Source of the DNA: Octopus vulgaris
Taxonomy: Eukaryota
DNA: 64,000 nucleotides
Assembly (NCBI GenBank): GCA_951406725.2
Contig: OX597829.1
Coordinates: forward strand, 5,394,001-5,458,000
Direction: 5' to 3'
Position numbers and translations under genes: made by a program
The notes under the pieces: generated by a model
Told to the model about the DNA's origin: nothing
Database searches by the model: none
The model's input: only the letters and a program-made list of their open reading frames with translations
In this document: piece by piece, positions 1 through 13,141 of the stretch
How positions within the stretch are numbered: position 1 is the stretch's first letter
Layout: the number at the start of each line of letters is the position of its first letter

Positions 1-90
1 GACCTCTTCGTCAGAAACATAGGAAAAGGAAAGATCCAAAGAAGGGAAGACAGAGGAAAAAAAATCGCCAACGGTACACACGCGGTCATA
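1..90 (-). mobile_element. HHR-bearing short repeat (pLTR-like), cut by the window edge; same family as 32621-32832
   Basis: Reverse complement aligns to 32625-32712 and contains gttt-CTGACGA-a-gag (core at 8-14). Confidence 0.75.
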
Positions 91-124
91 TATATATATA
101 TGTATGTATGTATACATATATGTC

Positions 125-272
125 TCTGTGTGTGCATTTTCATGTCTATGTTTGTCACCCACCACCACTTGGAAATCAGTTCTGGGATTGATTCATTTGG
201 CTAAATGTTCTTCAAGGCAGTGCCCCAGCATGGTCTCAGTCTAATGACTGAAACAAGTAAAAGATAAAAAGA
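125..272 (+). mobile_element. 3' fragment of CORE-type tRNA SINE
   Basis: ggcagtgccccagcatgg...tgactgaaacaagtaaaaga tail matches the full copies at 12731-13141 and 37190-37632. Confidence 0.7.
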
Positions 273-1579
273 TTTTTTCCAGCACAAGAAAAAGAAAACG
301 TTCAGCTTTGATCAATTACTGGCCATCTGTTCATCACCAGCTTGACCAGCAGTCTAATATTGCATATTTGATTGTGCTGATGTAAGTATCCTGTGCAGGA
401 TCCACAAGACAGCCATCCAAAATGAGTGTCAAATACTCACTCCATAACAAGCTAAACACGGAAGTCATACTTTGTTTCATTGTCTACTCTATTAATTCAA
501 ACAATAGCTTTTGCCATTCTGAACCATCCTGTTACACCTTACCTCTACTCAGGGGTAGCTTACGTACATATTTCTCATCCCTTTTACTGTAATTCACACT
601 CCAGACCTCATACTAACTACTCTTATATAGACCTTCCTTGCCAGAGCATCTATTTTCTAGTACTCCCAGCTCACCCACTCTTTTTCCGGTCCTTACAAAT
701 GTTTTACAATGAATGGCAACATTATTGACCCTACCAGTCAAGGAAGACTTGCCAAGTTCAAAAACACTGACCTCTGACTAAGTCATAAAGAAAACAAATA
801 TGAATCATTCATAAAGTTTCTTGCTTTATAATTAAGTCGGAGCTGGTGTCTTACTGTTCTGTAAATATACAAAAATATGAAATCCTGCTTTCAAGTTCAA
901 TCTTTCAAATTATGTCAACCATAATTTCCTCGTTACACATGACATAAATAGTCTTTATACAACCTGGGTGGTATTTATGGTAAACCAAGTAAGGAAATCT
1001 GATGGTTTTTATGTGCTTTTTGTGAATTCAAAAGGCATTACATTTAGGATTTGACAAAAAAGAAAAAAAGAAAAGAAAAACAAAAATGAGAAAACGAGAA
1101 ACAAAAATACTTCTACTAGAGTAAGTATCATACAAGGTGGCATTGCCATTCTTAACAGCAGGCAACTCTAAGATTGGAGTTCTTAAGCAATTTGAGAAAG
1201 ATTGAATATCAGGATGACTGATACTATAGTAAAAGGCCTTGTCTAATTAAGATTGCCCAGAATTATATTCAGTGTTCATAGATTTGATCCAGTAAAGCTT
1301 TACTAGATAGCATCGAGTGTATATTGTTGTGTTTCTCCACCGTTTGTGATACACATCATAAACTCATAAAAACCAGCACAAATACTGACACCAACAGAAC
1401 CACCCATTCCACCACACCCCACCCTTTTTTTTTTCTTTTTCTGCTTTTTCTACTTTTTGCTTTTTGATCACTTCCTCTCTATGGATTTGATGATGATGAT
1501 GATGATCATGATGATCATGATGTTAAAAATGTATATACATATCTATATGCATATATAAACACACACACACACACACACC

Positions 1580-1790
1580 TTATCATTTATTTGTTTTAGT
1601 CACTAGACTACGCCCATGCTGGTGCACCACATTGGAGAATGTTTAGTCAAATGAATCAACCACAGGATTTATTCCCTTTTGTTTTAAGACCAGTTCTTAT
1701 TCTATCGGTCTCTGTTGCTGACTGCTAAGTTACAGGGATGTGAACACACCAATACCAATTGACAAGTAGTGGTGGTGGTGGTGGTGTCGG
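1580..1790 (-). mobile_element. Diverged 3' half of the same CORE-type SINE
   Basis: cccatgctggtgcacc...ttattctatcggtctc...gctaagttacaggg similar to the full copies. Confidence 0.65.
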
Positions 1791-1948
1791 GGTGGGGGAT
1801 AAACACACACACACACACATAATACCTCTTTTACATGAGCGCACCTGTTTCTGTCCTCTTTCTTGTTCCTCCCTCGCTCCCTTTCTCTCTCTTCCTCTCC
1901 CTTTCTCTCTCTTCTCTCTCCTTCAACTTATCTCTCTCTATCTCTGTC

Positions 1949-1984
<36 letters not shown>

Positions 1985-2104
1985 GGTAGCCATGTTGTTT
2001 CTCCTCTATAGCAAAACACCTATTTCTGCCGTCTCTGTCACACTCTAACCTTTTATCCTTTGATACAAGTTCCCTTCTTCAAATGGCCCTGCCCCTCTCA
2101 TAAT

Positions 2105-2432
2105 TCCTTGTCTTGCGAGTTACTTGGGGACACCTGCCAGTGCTGATGCCATGTAAAAAGCATCCAGTCCACACTGTAAAGTGGTTGGCATTTGGAAGGG
2201 CACCCAGTTGTAAAAACCTTGCAAAAACTAACCTCGCCTGTGCTAGTAACACATAAAAAGCATTGGGTCCACTCTGCAGAATGGATGGGGTTAGGATGAG
2301 CATCCAGCAACGAAAACTCTACCAAAACAGACGCAGTAGCATAGGGTAGTTTTTCTTACCTGGCCAGCTCTTGTCAACCGTCTTACCCATGCATACATGG
2401 AAGGCGGATGTTAAACGATGATGATGATGATG
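2105..2432 (+). mobile_element. SINE body/tail with Meta-like central domain and RTE-type (GAT)n tail
   Basis: ggttggcatttggaagggcacccagttgtaaaaac core; ends cccatgc..catggaaggcggatgttaaacg(atg)n. Related pieces at 9083-9140, 15555-15720, 20135-20200. Confidence 0.6.
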
Positions 2433-2475
<43 letters not shown>

Positions 2476-2492
2476 TATATATATATATTATA

Positions 2493-3575
2493 TGAGGGGA
2501 TACTCAAAGTAACTGGAAATGTCCTCTGCTGTGTAGTTCAGGCTTCTGCCACTAGAAACCACTTGCTGCAACCCTCAGGCATCAGTCTGCCAACCAGCGC
2601 TGCCGAGAGAAGACGTACTGCCACCTGGTGTGTCTTTGTTTTTCAGCACTTCTTCCCTTCTTGTTGATTTTTGCGATGGCTGAAGCGATGAAACAGTGGG
2701 CTTTCGTGAAATTCTGTTTTAAGTTGGGGAAAACGGTGACCGAAACAGTTGTCATGTTTCAAACAGCTTACAAGAAAACTGCCATGAGCAAAACACAAGT
2801 TTACAAGTGCTTTTCACGCTTTAGGAATTGTCACTTGTCACTTGAAGACATCACAAAAATTCTTGAAGGACTGTCGCCGAACAACTGACAAACTTGTTGA
2901 TATGACTGGTGTGTCCCGGAGCTCCTGCCAACGAATTTTGAGCGAGGAATTGCGAAGGAAATGAATTGCAGGAAAATTTGTGCCTCGCTTGCTAACGGAA
3001 GACCAAGAGTAGTTGCGATTGAATGCGTGTCTTGAACTGAAAGAACAGTTGGAAGTTGATCCGAACATTTTTTCGAAGGTCATGACTGGTGACGAAAGCT
3101 GTTGCTATGGCTACAACTCGGAAACGAAGCAACAATCAAGTCCATGGAAGCACTCAATGTCACCACGCCCTTATAAGGGGGCGTCAAGTGAAGTCCATTG
3201 TCAAAACGATTTATTTCATTGATGCGAAAGGAATTGTCCCCTCACAGAATTGATTCCTCCTGGGTCAAACTGTTAACCAGGCATTTTACTTGACAGTTCT
3301 GGAGCGTTTGCGAGACACGGGGGGCAGGGGACGAAGACGCCTCCACCAATGACAATGTGGAGAGTGGGGAACACGGGGGGGCAGGGGACGAAGACGCCTC
3401 CACCAATGACAATGTGGAGAGTGGTGGACACGGGGGGGGGGGGCAGGGGACGAAGACGCCTCCACCAATGACAATGTGGAGAGTGGTGGTTTCATCACAA
3501 CAATGCGCCTGAGCACACAGCCTTGAGTATGAGACAGGTTTTTGCTCAAAATTCCATGCCCTCACCCACTCTTCT
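2493..3575 (+). mobile_element. Decayed mariner (DD34D-type) transposon
   Basis: VKFCFKLGKT..ET..M (HTH), KFVPRLL, TGDES..YGY..ETKQQS and HHNNAP.H motifs; multiple stops and frameshifts; starts after TA. Confidence 0.9.
3315..3489 (+). repeat. Three-copy ~57 bp tandem repeat inside the mariner transposase
   Basis: cac(g)n-caggggacgaagacgcctccaccaatgacaatgtggagagtgg repeated three times. Confidence 0.95.
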
Positions 3576-3984
3576 TGTTCACCCGGTAATTAAAAAGTTT
3601 TCTACTGCAAATATAACACTGACCTGCATATGTTTAGACTGCAGTGAATGCACATTGCTCTGTGTGCAATTATGCGTTCTACCCACCGCAATTTCATCAA
3701 GGGTCCATTATTCACGTTTTCAAAGCGACCTGATTCAAACAAGCATCTCGTATCAGTATTCAGTTGAAGGTGATAGCATTACTTTTTAAATCCAATGTAA
3801 TTCTGGTCTCATAATCACCTCTCCTGCTAATACAGTTGAAGCATGGTTTTAAAACGTTTATTCAGATTTCAATTTATTGAAGCTGTTTACATTTTGCTGT
3901 ATGAAGTACATTATTTATTCAGAGTTATTTTACTTATTTTGGATTTATAAACTCAATATTATTGTGATTATCATTAGTAATCGA

Positions 3985-6850
3985 AAATGGGTGCTATTTT
4001 CTGTGATTATGACATTTTCTCATCATGTGGTCTGTCGGGAGCGGGCGGCGAGGTAGCAGTGCTATTCCGAAAATCCTTAGATCTCGAAGTAAAGGCAATC
4101 TTCTTGGACCTGAATGGCAGGATGGTGGTCCTAGATGTGAATGGTAGCGAAGGTGGTGTCCTTGGGTTGATGGTCATCTATGCCTCAAGACGAGCTGGAA
4201 GGCCAGAATTCTTCAGGCGTCTAGAAACATTCCTGGAGACGTCTCGCAGTTTAGTACTAATAGTGGACTGGAATAGGACTTTGGACTGTGTAGGGCTAGT
4301 ACACAGAAGAAGTGGGTTGAAAAGCCTCGGAAACCTACTTAGGCACTTCCAATTGTCTGATAAGTATCGACTGGAGTTTCTTGATGTGCCAATGCGGACA
4401 TGAAGCAACCACAATGGTATCTAGACAGAGTATTTGTTAGGTCAGAAGATAGAGATAGTGCAGGTTGTCCACAATTTAAATTGGTCGGCTACACAGACCA
4501 CAAGTCTGTGATCTGCACAGCAGAGTTAGATAGAACACACATACAGGGACCCGATTACTGGAAGTTAACGGCATCCTTTCCGGCACGCAAAGACTTCAGG
4601 CACCGGATTAGTGAATTAGTTAAGCGGCAGTTGACGGAGGCAATCGTCACCAACCGATGATGGGCCTCCTTGGAGAGGGCGATGAGAGCAGAATCGATAG
4701 AGTTTAGCAAAAAGTTAGAAGAGGCACTCAAAAAGGGCATTATGACCCATATGTTAGCGGCGAGAATGACTCTTGACCATTTCTTCGAAGCGAAAGACAA
4801 AAGATGCGTTGTCAGAGATAAGGCTTGTGCGCTCAAACGGGAAAGAAAGCTGTCTGATGGGTTTGAACAGTGGAGACGCAACGCGGAAACAAAACTACGA
4901 ACAGGTCTTTAACGGATGGGAGTATGCTATGCGGCTATGAGCAGCTGTGCGTGGCTTTTCAGCAGAACTTCACACATCTGTTTGGAGAGGTTGATAAGTC
5001 GACGACGGTACTGGACTTCAGTTCGTACCAGGACGGCTTGCCGCGACTCTAGGCAGCTGACGCGAGGTTACGTGAATGGCCGAAATTTGGGAGGTGATGA
5101 GCGATTGCTCAAGTCGCAGATCACCCGGTCTGGATGGTCTGCCCTATGAATTCTGTGTATTCATACCAGATTGGTTTCGTAACCTCTTGGCAGACGTCTA
5201 CTGCAACTGGCAATAGAACGGGAAAATTCCTAGTACTGTCAGCAGAAGTGTGGTGACACTGCTGAGGAAGGAGGTCAACAATGGGGAAGTGCTAGAGAAT
5301 TTTCGGTTTATAACTCTGCTAAATACATAGTTAAAATTTTTGGCTGTGTTAACGAAAAGGCTGGCGCTTGTCGCCGGTAGCCTAGTCGGAAAAGCATAAA
5401 TATGCGCAATCCCGATCAGGTTTATCCATGACAACCTCCACCTAATGCGATATATCATAGAGAGGGCTGGGACCAAAGCTGGCTTCAGGATTGCTCTGAT
5501 CAATTTGGATCAATCAAAAGCATTCGATAAGGTCGACCATTGCTACCCGAAAACCGTCCTGAAAGCAGGCGGTTTCGAACACGATTTCAGAGGCTGGATG
5601 CTGCAATGCACAGTGGCACCTGTTCAGTGGTCAAAGTGAACGGCCACCAATCGGAGCCGTTTGGCATCGCCCGCTTGATCTGTCAAGGTTGCCTGCTGTC
5701 ACCTCTTCTGTACGTATTGACACTCGAGCCACTGCTGCGGAAGATGGAATAGCTAAGGGACATTCCTTTCAAAGTGGAAAAAGGAAGGGCAGTGTCAGCA
5801 TACACGGACAATATCACCGTCACGGTGTTGGACACCTCCGAAGTGGAGACAGTCGGCCCCATCCTAAAGGGATATATGAGTCGGTTGCAGGGGCTAAAGT
5901 CAACACTGACAAATTAGTGGGTTTGCGGTTGGGCTCCTGGAGAGGCAGGACGATACCATCGGACGGCGTCGTACGATGCTGGGCCGACAGGCCAGTTAAA
6001 CTGCTCGGGATCTGGTTTGATCCCAGTCTCTGGGTTGATAAGAACTGGGACGAGGTGGCGAATAGAGTGACTGGTTTTACCCAGGAATGGGCTGAGAGGT
6101 AGCTGTACTTGAAAGGTCGGGCGCCGCCAGTTCGAGATTAACTCTACAGGCATGGATTTGCTGTCAGATGGGCTTGTCCAAGGTGCATGCAGAGTGACGA
6201 AACCGTTCTGCACGCCCTCGTTCGTGTGTCCAGGCATTGCTGATTTGTGGAGTTATGTCGGACAACTGTAGTCATATGTGGGACGGATCCGTTTGTCGAC
6301 TAAGTCTGTAATGATCACCCAGCCGCCCTTCTTTAATCAGGCAGGCAAGGCAGTTTTCCTTTGCCTGGTGGCTGCAGTGAAAGAGGTTGTTTGGTAGACA
6401 AGACTGAAAGGCTTGAGGACAGATACATTCCTCTTTGATGAAGCTCTCATTGACTTCTTCAAGTTTCCCTTGAAAAGGAAATTGAGGGTGCAGAGAGAAG
6501 TGCTGTCCTCGAGTGAGTTTATTGAAAGGTGGGTGAAAGTTGCGAAAATGGCAAGAATAGATGGTACCTCTCTAAGGGTATACCTGTGAGTCAGAGAGAA
6601 GGAATTGGAGAGGGCACTTGCTCTTGGGGTTTCAGGGAAATCTCAGACAGTGAGATTCTTCAATTATCCCTAAAAGCTCCATCCTGTAACAGGAAAGCCA
6701 CATCGCTATCCTTCCCCCACCACCTTTTCTTTTTAAAACCTTTGTATGCTATGCATATGACCCTTCTTATACAGTGTGTGTTGTGTATATTGTTTGTTTT
6801 TTTATAATTTCATTATATGTAAACCACAACACTTTATTCAATTATTATTA
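3985..6850 (+). mobile_element. Decayed Tx1/L1-clade LINE ORF2 (endonuclease + RT + C-terminal Zn motif)
   Basis: GEVAVLF, GRMVVLDV, YLDRVFV, TDHK, YWKL, LDQSKAFDKVDH, CQGCLLSPLLYVLTLEPLL, CPRC...ETVLH; many stops and an internal deletion near 6120. Confidence 0.92.
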
Positions 6851-7092
6851 CCTTATTATTCTAAAGTGTACAACAAATCAATCTTGACATTTTATTTTTA
6901 TTTTAATAACAAATATATCTAAATATATAATATAAAAGAATTAACATAGTAATTACTATTAAATAACAAAATAATGAATGTTATAATATTATCACATTTA
7001 ATAATCACAATATTTCACAAGTTATTACAATCCATCAACTGTCTTTGTATTGTCACCTCCATCCTTTGTCCCTGTGGTAAATAAATGAAACG

Positions 7093-7128
7093 ATAATAAT
7101 AATAATAATAATAATAATAGTAATAGTA

Positions 7129-7207
<79 letters not shown>

Positions 7208-7303
7208 CATTGTTGTTGTTGTTGTTGTTGTTGTGGTGGTGGTGGTGGTGATGGCGGCGGCGGCAGCAGCAGCAGCAGTAGCAGCAGCAGTAGCAGAAGC
7301 TGT

Positions 7304-7372
<69 letters not shown>
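7093..7372. repeat. Compound trinucleotide microsatellite (AAT)(TAT)(TGT)(GGT)(GGC)(AGC)(AGT)
   Basis: Read directly from the sequence. Confidence 0.98.
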
Positions 7373-7373
<1 letters not shown>

Positions 7374-7866
7374 ATTAATGATATTTATGCTGATGTTGGG
7401 CAATTTTCAAATGATTTCAGACAACTGTTTTACAGAACATCAACCAAAACTCGTCAAAATAATTCTTTAATTAGTTGCTCCTGAAACCGTTCCAATTTTT
7501 TCTCAGGGCATCAGAAGTGGGATGATGCCATTTAATATAAACAGTTGTTCTGCTCATTCAGATTTACTCCAAAGAGGGTAACATCTTGGGAACCTTTTTC
7601 CAAGTTTGTATACTAGAAGTGCGTAGACAAAGCTTCTTCCGAAAAATCAACATTAACGATTTATGACCAACTCTATCTAGTCATATATACTATTAGCAAA
7701 TTATTTGTATCCAAAGACTAAAGCTTCATTCACTGTGAGTCACTATTTTCTGGACCAGAGTTTATGAGTACGAAGCACACGTGATGAGATCATCCTCCCT
7801 GAGTATACGTGCTACAAAACCATCTTTTCAGCTGTCTACAAAATCTGCTTTTTGACTTTATAGTAC

Positions 7867-8288
7867 GGATCTATTTGGTCTGAACAGCAGTTTTTAGCAT
7901 AATTTCTAGGTAACTAAAAAATTTTAAACTTCGTATACTGGTAGAATGTGTTTATAAAACATCTTTTTCTCTAGGCTTTATTGAGAAAATTCTATAGTTT
8001 GTAAGATATTTGTTGTTGTTTTTTCTTCAATTTCTGCATTTTCAACCAATCAGTGACGTCTATTGAGGTAAAAAACATTCTGTGACGTATGAATATGTTC
8101 CTCAATTAAGAAACAGATTGGGATTATTTACACTTGTGAAGAAAAACAGATACCTTTCCCCTACCCCTAACCCCAACCCTAACCCTAAAAGAGATTGAAA
8201 TGCAATAGATCGATTCTAGGGTCATAATTATGGGTGACAATTTCATATGACACCACTAGAAAAAACTGCTGCTCAAACTGCAAGATCC
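7867..8288. mobile_element. Non-autonomous TIR element (MITE), Merlin-like
   Basis: GGATC...GATCC termini, imperfect ~28 bp TIRs, perfect 8-bp TSD TATAGTAC (7859-7866 and 8289-8296), internal (CCCTAA)-like repeats at 8157-8188. Confidence 0.8.
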
Positions 8289-8584
8289 TATAGTACTTTT
8301 GAACTAAAACACTTCTTGTTATCAATTTCTGTTTCTCGAAAGACTCACAGTGAAAAATTTTATATGAATTCACTGTCATCTTTGATAATATCATGTAAAA
8401 CTTTAGATTAATTAGGAATAGATTAATTAGGAATAGATTTAGGCAGTACTCTAGCTAGCAGTAGACCACAAGCTGGAACCAACAAGAATATATATATATA
8501 TGCAAAAATGGTCAGACAGATTGACAGCTAGCTAGATGGCTGGCTAGGCAGACAGACAGACTGATACAGGGATAATTAGCCAGG

Positions 8585-8591
8585 TAGATAA

Positions 8592-8648
<57 letters not shown>

Positions 8649-8683
8649 GATAGATAGATAGATAGATAGATAGAGAGATAGAT

Positions 8684-8758
<75 letters not shown>

Positions 8759-8787
8759 GTAGATAGATAGATAGATAGATAGATAGG

Positions 8788-8875
<88 letters not shown>

Positions 8876-8910
8876 AAGATAGATAGATAGATAGAAAGAT
8901 AGATAGACAG
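8585..8910. repeat. (GATA)n microsatellite
   Basis: Read directly from the sequence. Confidence 0.98.
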
Positions 8911-9042
8911 AATGGCTGTGATTGCTGAAAGAGAATCTCAGTCAATATATTCAACCCACTGCTTTAGTAATTCTGCATATAACAGAAGACAAATATAAGT
9001 ACATATATATTTATGTATATATATATGTACTCATATGCATGT

Positions 9043-9084
<42 letters not shown>

Positions 9085-9869
9085 CATCATCATCATCATC
9101 ATCGTTTAACGTCCGCTTTCCATGCTAGCATGGGTTGGACTATATATATATATATATATACACACATATATATATATATACATTTATATATATATATATA
9201 TATGTATATGTATATGTATATATATATGTGTGTGTGTGAGTGTGTATGTATATATATATATATATATATATATAAATATGGATATTTGAATGTGTGTGTG
9301 TGCATGTAATTATCAAGAACAAATAGCATCAATGGTGGACTATTAAGTCAGGGTGGTGGTGGTGGTGGTGACTGTATCGAGTGATATTTTTTGTAAAATT
9401 TATAATAGCGTTTTGAAGTATCATCCATTCAGTGATCAGAATCAATTGTTTGTACCAAAACCAAAGAAGGCAAAGGAAAAAAATGTGTGAAAATGGCTAA
9501 ATAATTAATCTAATTAATCATCCAAGCAAAGTGTTGCTATATGTGTTGCTTGCTCTGTTGAAACAAACAATACTCAGGGATATTCAGGGAAACATCAGCT
9601 AATTTTAAAGGAGGCCAAATTATTCATGAGTGAATTTGCAATATTAGTAGTATTGTGTAGCAGAAAATACTGGAATAGCAGTCAAATCTTCACCATAACT
9701 TCATTAACTTTAACTCTTTAGCATTCACATTTTTGTGTCAAAGTAATGGTTATTTATTCATATTCTTTTCAAGCAATCATGCATAATTTTAGTAGTACTG
9801 AAATTTTAATTGGGCAACTGTTAATTTTTAGAATGACATTGTAGAGATTGAGTAAGAGGTTGGATCTGG

Positions 9870-10082
9870 CCAGTTTGTTGTAGAGCTGAAAACGAGGCAA
9901 TTTCTACTCTTCTCCTCTGAAAGCCAGAGGGCACACACTCTCCTACCCTGATGTAATCTCCAGGGATACAGGCATCCAGCAACAGGACCTCCATAATGCT
10001 ATGATGGACTGTGAAGTCTGGCGTAGCATGGGTAATTCCATTGTCTTGATCACGGTCGAACAATGATGATGATGATGATGAT
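9870..10082 (+). mobile_element. 3' end of RTE-like LINE with (TGA)n tail
   Basis: Encodes RAENEAISTLLL*KP..TLSYPDVISRDTGIQQQDLHNAMMD..VWRSM, followed by (GAT)n. Confidence 0.7.
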
Positions 10083-10185
10083 TGGGCAAAAAACAGGTGG
10101 ACTGTTTTGGCCTGATATCGCCAAGCTAATGTCCTGGAGCACATGGTTTATTGTCAGAAAATATAAGTGCTATTATAGGCATAAG

Positions 10186-10340
10186 TGTGGCAGTGACATA
10201 AGATGCTTGTTTCGCAAACCATATTACTTTGTGTTCAGTCCCACTGTGTGGTACCTGGGCAAGTATCTTCTATTATAGCCCCAGGCTGATCAAAACCTTG
10301 TGGGTGGATTTGGTTGATAGAAAATACAAAAAGCTTGCTG
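10186..10340 (+). mobile_element. Diverged head of CORE-type SINE
   Basis: gttcagtcccactg..tggtacctgggcaagtatcttc...ccttgtgggtggatttgg. Confidence 0.7.
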
Positions 10341-10794
10341 TATATGTCTGTGTGTGTGTGTGTGTGTGTGTGAGTGTGTGTGCATATATGTGTGAATGTT
10401 TGTGTTTGTTTGTGTGCATGTGTGTGTGTGAGTGTGTGTGCATATATGTGTGCATGTGTGTGTGTGTTTGTGTGTGTGTGTGTATGAGTGTGTGTGCATA
10501 TATGTGTAAATGTTTGTGTATGTGTTTGTGTGCATGTGCATGTGTGTGTGTGTGTGTGTGAATGTTGCTATCTCCTTGTCTTGAGATCATGTGATAGCTG
10601 TGAGTGAGAGTTACTGTCATGCAAGCAGTGTCCTGCTTTTCACTTCCAGTCTTCTGTGAAAACTTGTCTGGTCAAGAGGAAATATTGCTTTTCTTGGACA
10701 CAGTTAAAGATCAGTGACAGGAAGGGCAACAAGCTGTATAAAGTCTGTATATGTGTGTGTGTGTATGTGTGTGTGTGTGTGTGAGTGTGTGTGC

Positions 10795-10955
10795 TTAATG
10801 GCATTTTATCCAATGTAACATTGTGAGATCAAATTCTGATGAGATCACCTTTGCCTTTCATCCTTTCAGGGTCAATAAAATTAAGTACCAGTTGAACACT
10901 GGGGTTGATGTAATTGATTCATCCCTCCCTCAAAACTGCTGCCAAAATTTGAAAC
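10795..10955 (+). mobile_element. Diverged Nin/Deu-domain SINE
   Basis: tttgcctttcatcctttcagggtcaataaaattaagtaccag; homologous to 49173-49401. Confidence 0.7.
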
Positions 10956-11008
10956 CATTATTATTATGTATTGTCTCTCATCCTTCACCCTGGTGGCAAA
11001 TAAATGAA

Positions 11009-11067
<59 letters not shown>

Positions 11068-11422
11068 GAACAAAACGTTTAGTCTTTGTTGGAATTTCAC
11101 CAAGTAAAGTAACAATAAATATTAGCCAAGGGAGTGTTTTTCACCAAACTTATTCTGTTGTTTTCTAACAAACATAAAAACAAAAATTCCTGAATCTGTG
11201 GAAGGAAATGTTAAAGTGGGAGGTGGAGAAGTTAGTAATTTTCATTAAAATGAATACTTAACAGGATATGATGAAGACATAAAAAGAAAAAAAATGAAAA
11301 AAATGAAACAAAAAAATATAATCTTGATCTAACTGCAGGAACACTTGGAGTGGAAATAATTTTTCAAAAGACCCTAATGATAATTATCAAAAACAGAAAT
11401 ATATATATATATATATATATAT

Positions 11423-11770
11423 TACTCTTTTACTCTTTTACTTGTTTCAGTCATTTGACTGCGGCCATGCTGAAGCACTGCCTTTAGTCGAGCAAATCGA
11501 CCCCAGGACTTATTCTTTGTAAGCCTAGTACTTATTCTATCAGTCAGTCTCTTTTGTCGAACCGCTAAGTTACGGGGACGTAAACACACCAGCATCGCTT
11601 GTCAAGTGATATTGGGGGACAAACACAGACACACAAACATATACACACATACATATATATACATATATATACATATATTCCATCTACCAAATCCACTCAC
11701 AAGGCTTTGGTCGGCCCGAAGCTCTAGTAGGAGGCACTAGCCCAAGGTGCCACGCAGTGGGACTGAACCC
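11423..11770 (-). mobile_element. CORE-type tRNA SINE, 5'-truncated and internally deleted
   Basis: Aligns to 12731-13141. Confidence 0.85.
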
Positions 11771-11834
11771 ACTGAACCAATATATATATATTTATATTGC
11801 CAATCCAACTGAAATAGTAAGGAAGGCAAACAAA

Positions 11835-12700
11835 AAATGTTGATGAATTTAAATATTTGGGAAGAGCAATAATAGATATGAGATCAAAGAATGGAGCAAA
11901 ATGTCAGTTTACAGAAGATACAGTGGTGTTTGCAGAATTAGATTCATTTTGAGAAAATAATAAAAGATTACCATCACAATGACTTCTTTTTAATTGGAAT
12001 ACAAGCCTTCTGCTGCACTACTTGGGTTTAAATTATGGATGTCAAAAGCTGAAAATGAGAAAAAGATGGCTTTTGAAATAAAATGTCTTTGAAAGATTTT
12101 TTTTGTCTTCCATATTGTGAGAGTGTTAGGAAAGAAATTGACAGAGAAAAGATTGAAACTGTGAAACACTTTTGTCACTTGTTAACAGGCAGGAAATGGA
12201 AGGTGTTTTTCTTACTATTTGGTCACCACGCAGGAGGAAAAGCAAGACTTATTTAAGAGGGGGTGAACATTGAGAAGTCAACGGCTATCCAAATAGTATT
12301 TCTGTACTAGTACAGATGGAGCCATTACCACCGAGGACTGTAGTGTTAATAATAATAATAATAATGAATATCCCGATAACAAAAACAGCAGAATACGTCT
12401 TCATGGGTATAAATCTACCAGAGAAGGAAGGGGCTCCTTTAGCCATCGCTAGCAAGCCCCTAGGGATGGTGTCTCGATAAAAATACTGGTGGTTGTGACA
12501 CCTTACGAACACAACCCTTTTTAATGAGTGTAATGGAAAGTTTTGGTAATGTAATATGTCCCAGAATGACTAATATGAACCTCTATGAAAAAGTTTAAGA
12601 TAGGAAAGAGAATGGCTGAACAAAATGAAAAGATGGACGAGGAAAAAGGCTGTGAAAAATATGTTTAAAGTGAAGGATGATGGAAGGAATAGGTTGCATC
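11835..12700 (+). mobile_element. Very old RTE-like LINE 3' remnant, interrupted at 12198-12535
   Basis: VDEFKYLG and AFEIKCL motifs; heavily decayed. Confidence 0.5.
12198..12535 (+). mobile_element. Isolated copy of the 5' non-coding region of the R4/Dong-like element at ~20500-23467
   Basis: Near-identical to 20655-20998; flanked by AATGGAA direct repeat (12195-12201 and 12532-12538). Confidence 0.85.
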
Positions 12701-12730
12701 TCTTGGCATGCACCTACACAGCATCCCTGG

Positions 12731-12944
12731 ACTCTCTTTACTCTCTTTTACTCTTTTACTTGTTTCAGTCATTTGACTGCGGCCATACTGGAGCACCGCC
12801 TTTAATCGAGCAACTCGACCCTGGGACTTATTCTTTTGTAAGCCCAGTACTTATTCAATCGGTCTCTTTTGTTGAACCACTAAGTAACGGGGACATAAAC
12901 ACACCAGCATCGGTTGTCAAGCAATGCTAGGGGGACAAACACAG

Positions 12945-12977
<33 letters not shown>

Positions 12978-13141
12978 CGACGGACTTCTTTCAGTTTCCG
13001 TCTACCAAATCCACTCACAAGGCTTAGGTCGGCCCGAGGCTATAGTAGAAGTCACTTGCCCAAGGTGCCACGCAGTGGGACTGAACCCGGAACCATGTGG
13101 TTGGTAAACAAGCTACTTACCACACAGCCACTCCTGCGCCT
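12731..13141 (-). mobile_element. Full-length CORE-type tRNA-derived SINE
   Basis: Minus strand: A box tggctgtgtggt, B box ggttcagtcc, CORE-like accttgggcaagtg, internal (TA)/(TG) tract, (GTAAAAGA)n tail. Confidence 0.9.

Noticed and set aside
283-381. Possible exon (ttccag ... gtaagt)
   Set aside because: One open frame with no recognisable homology or partner exon; such sites are common by chance.
8157-8188. True telomere or chromosome fusion scar
   Set aside because: Only ~5 degenerate units, internal to a MITE with a TSD.
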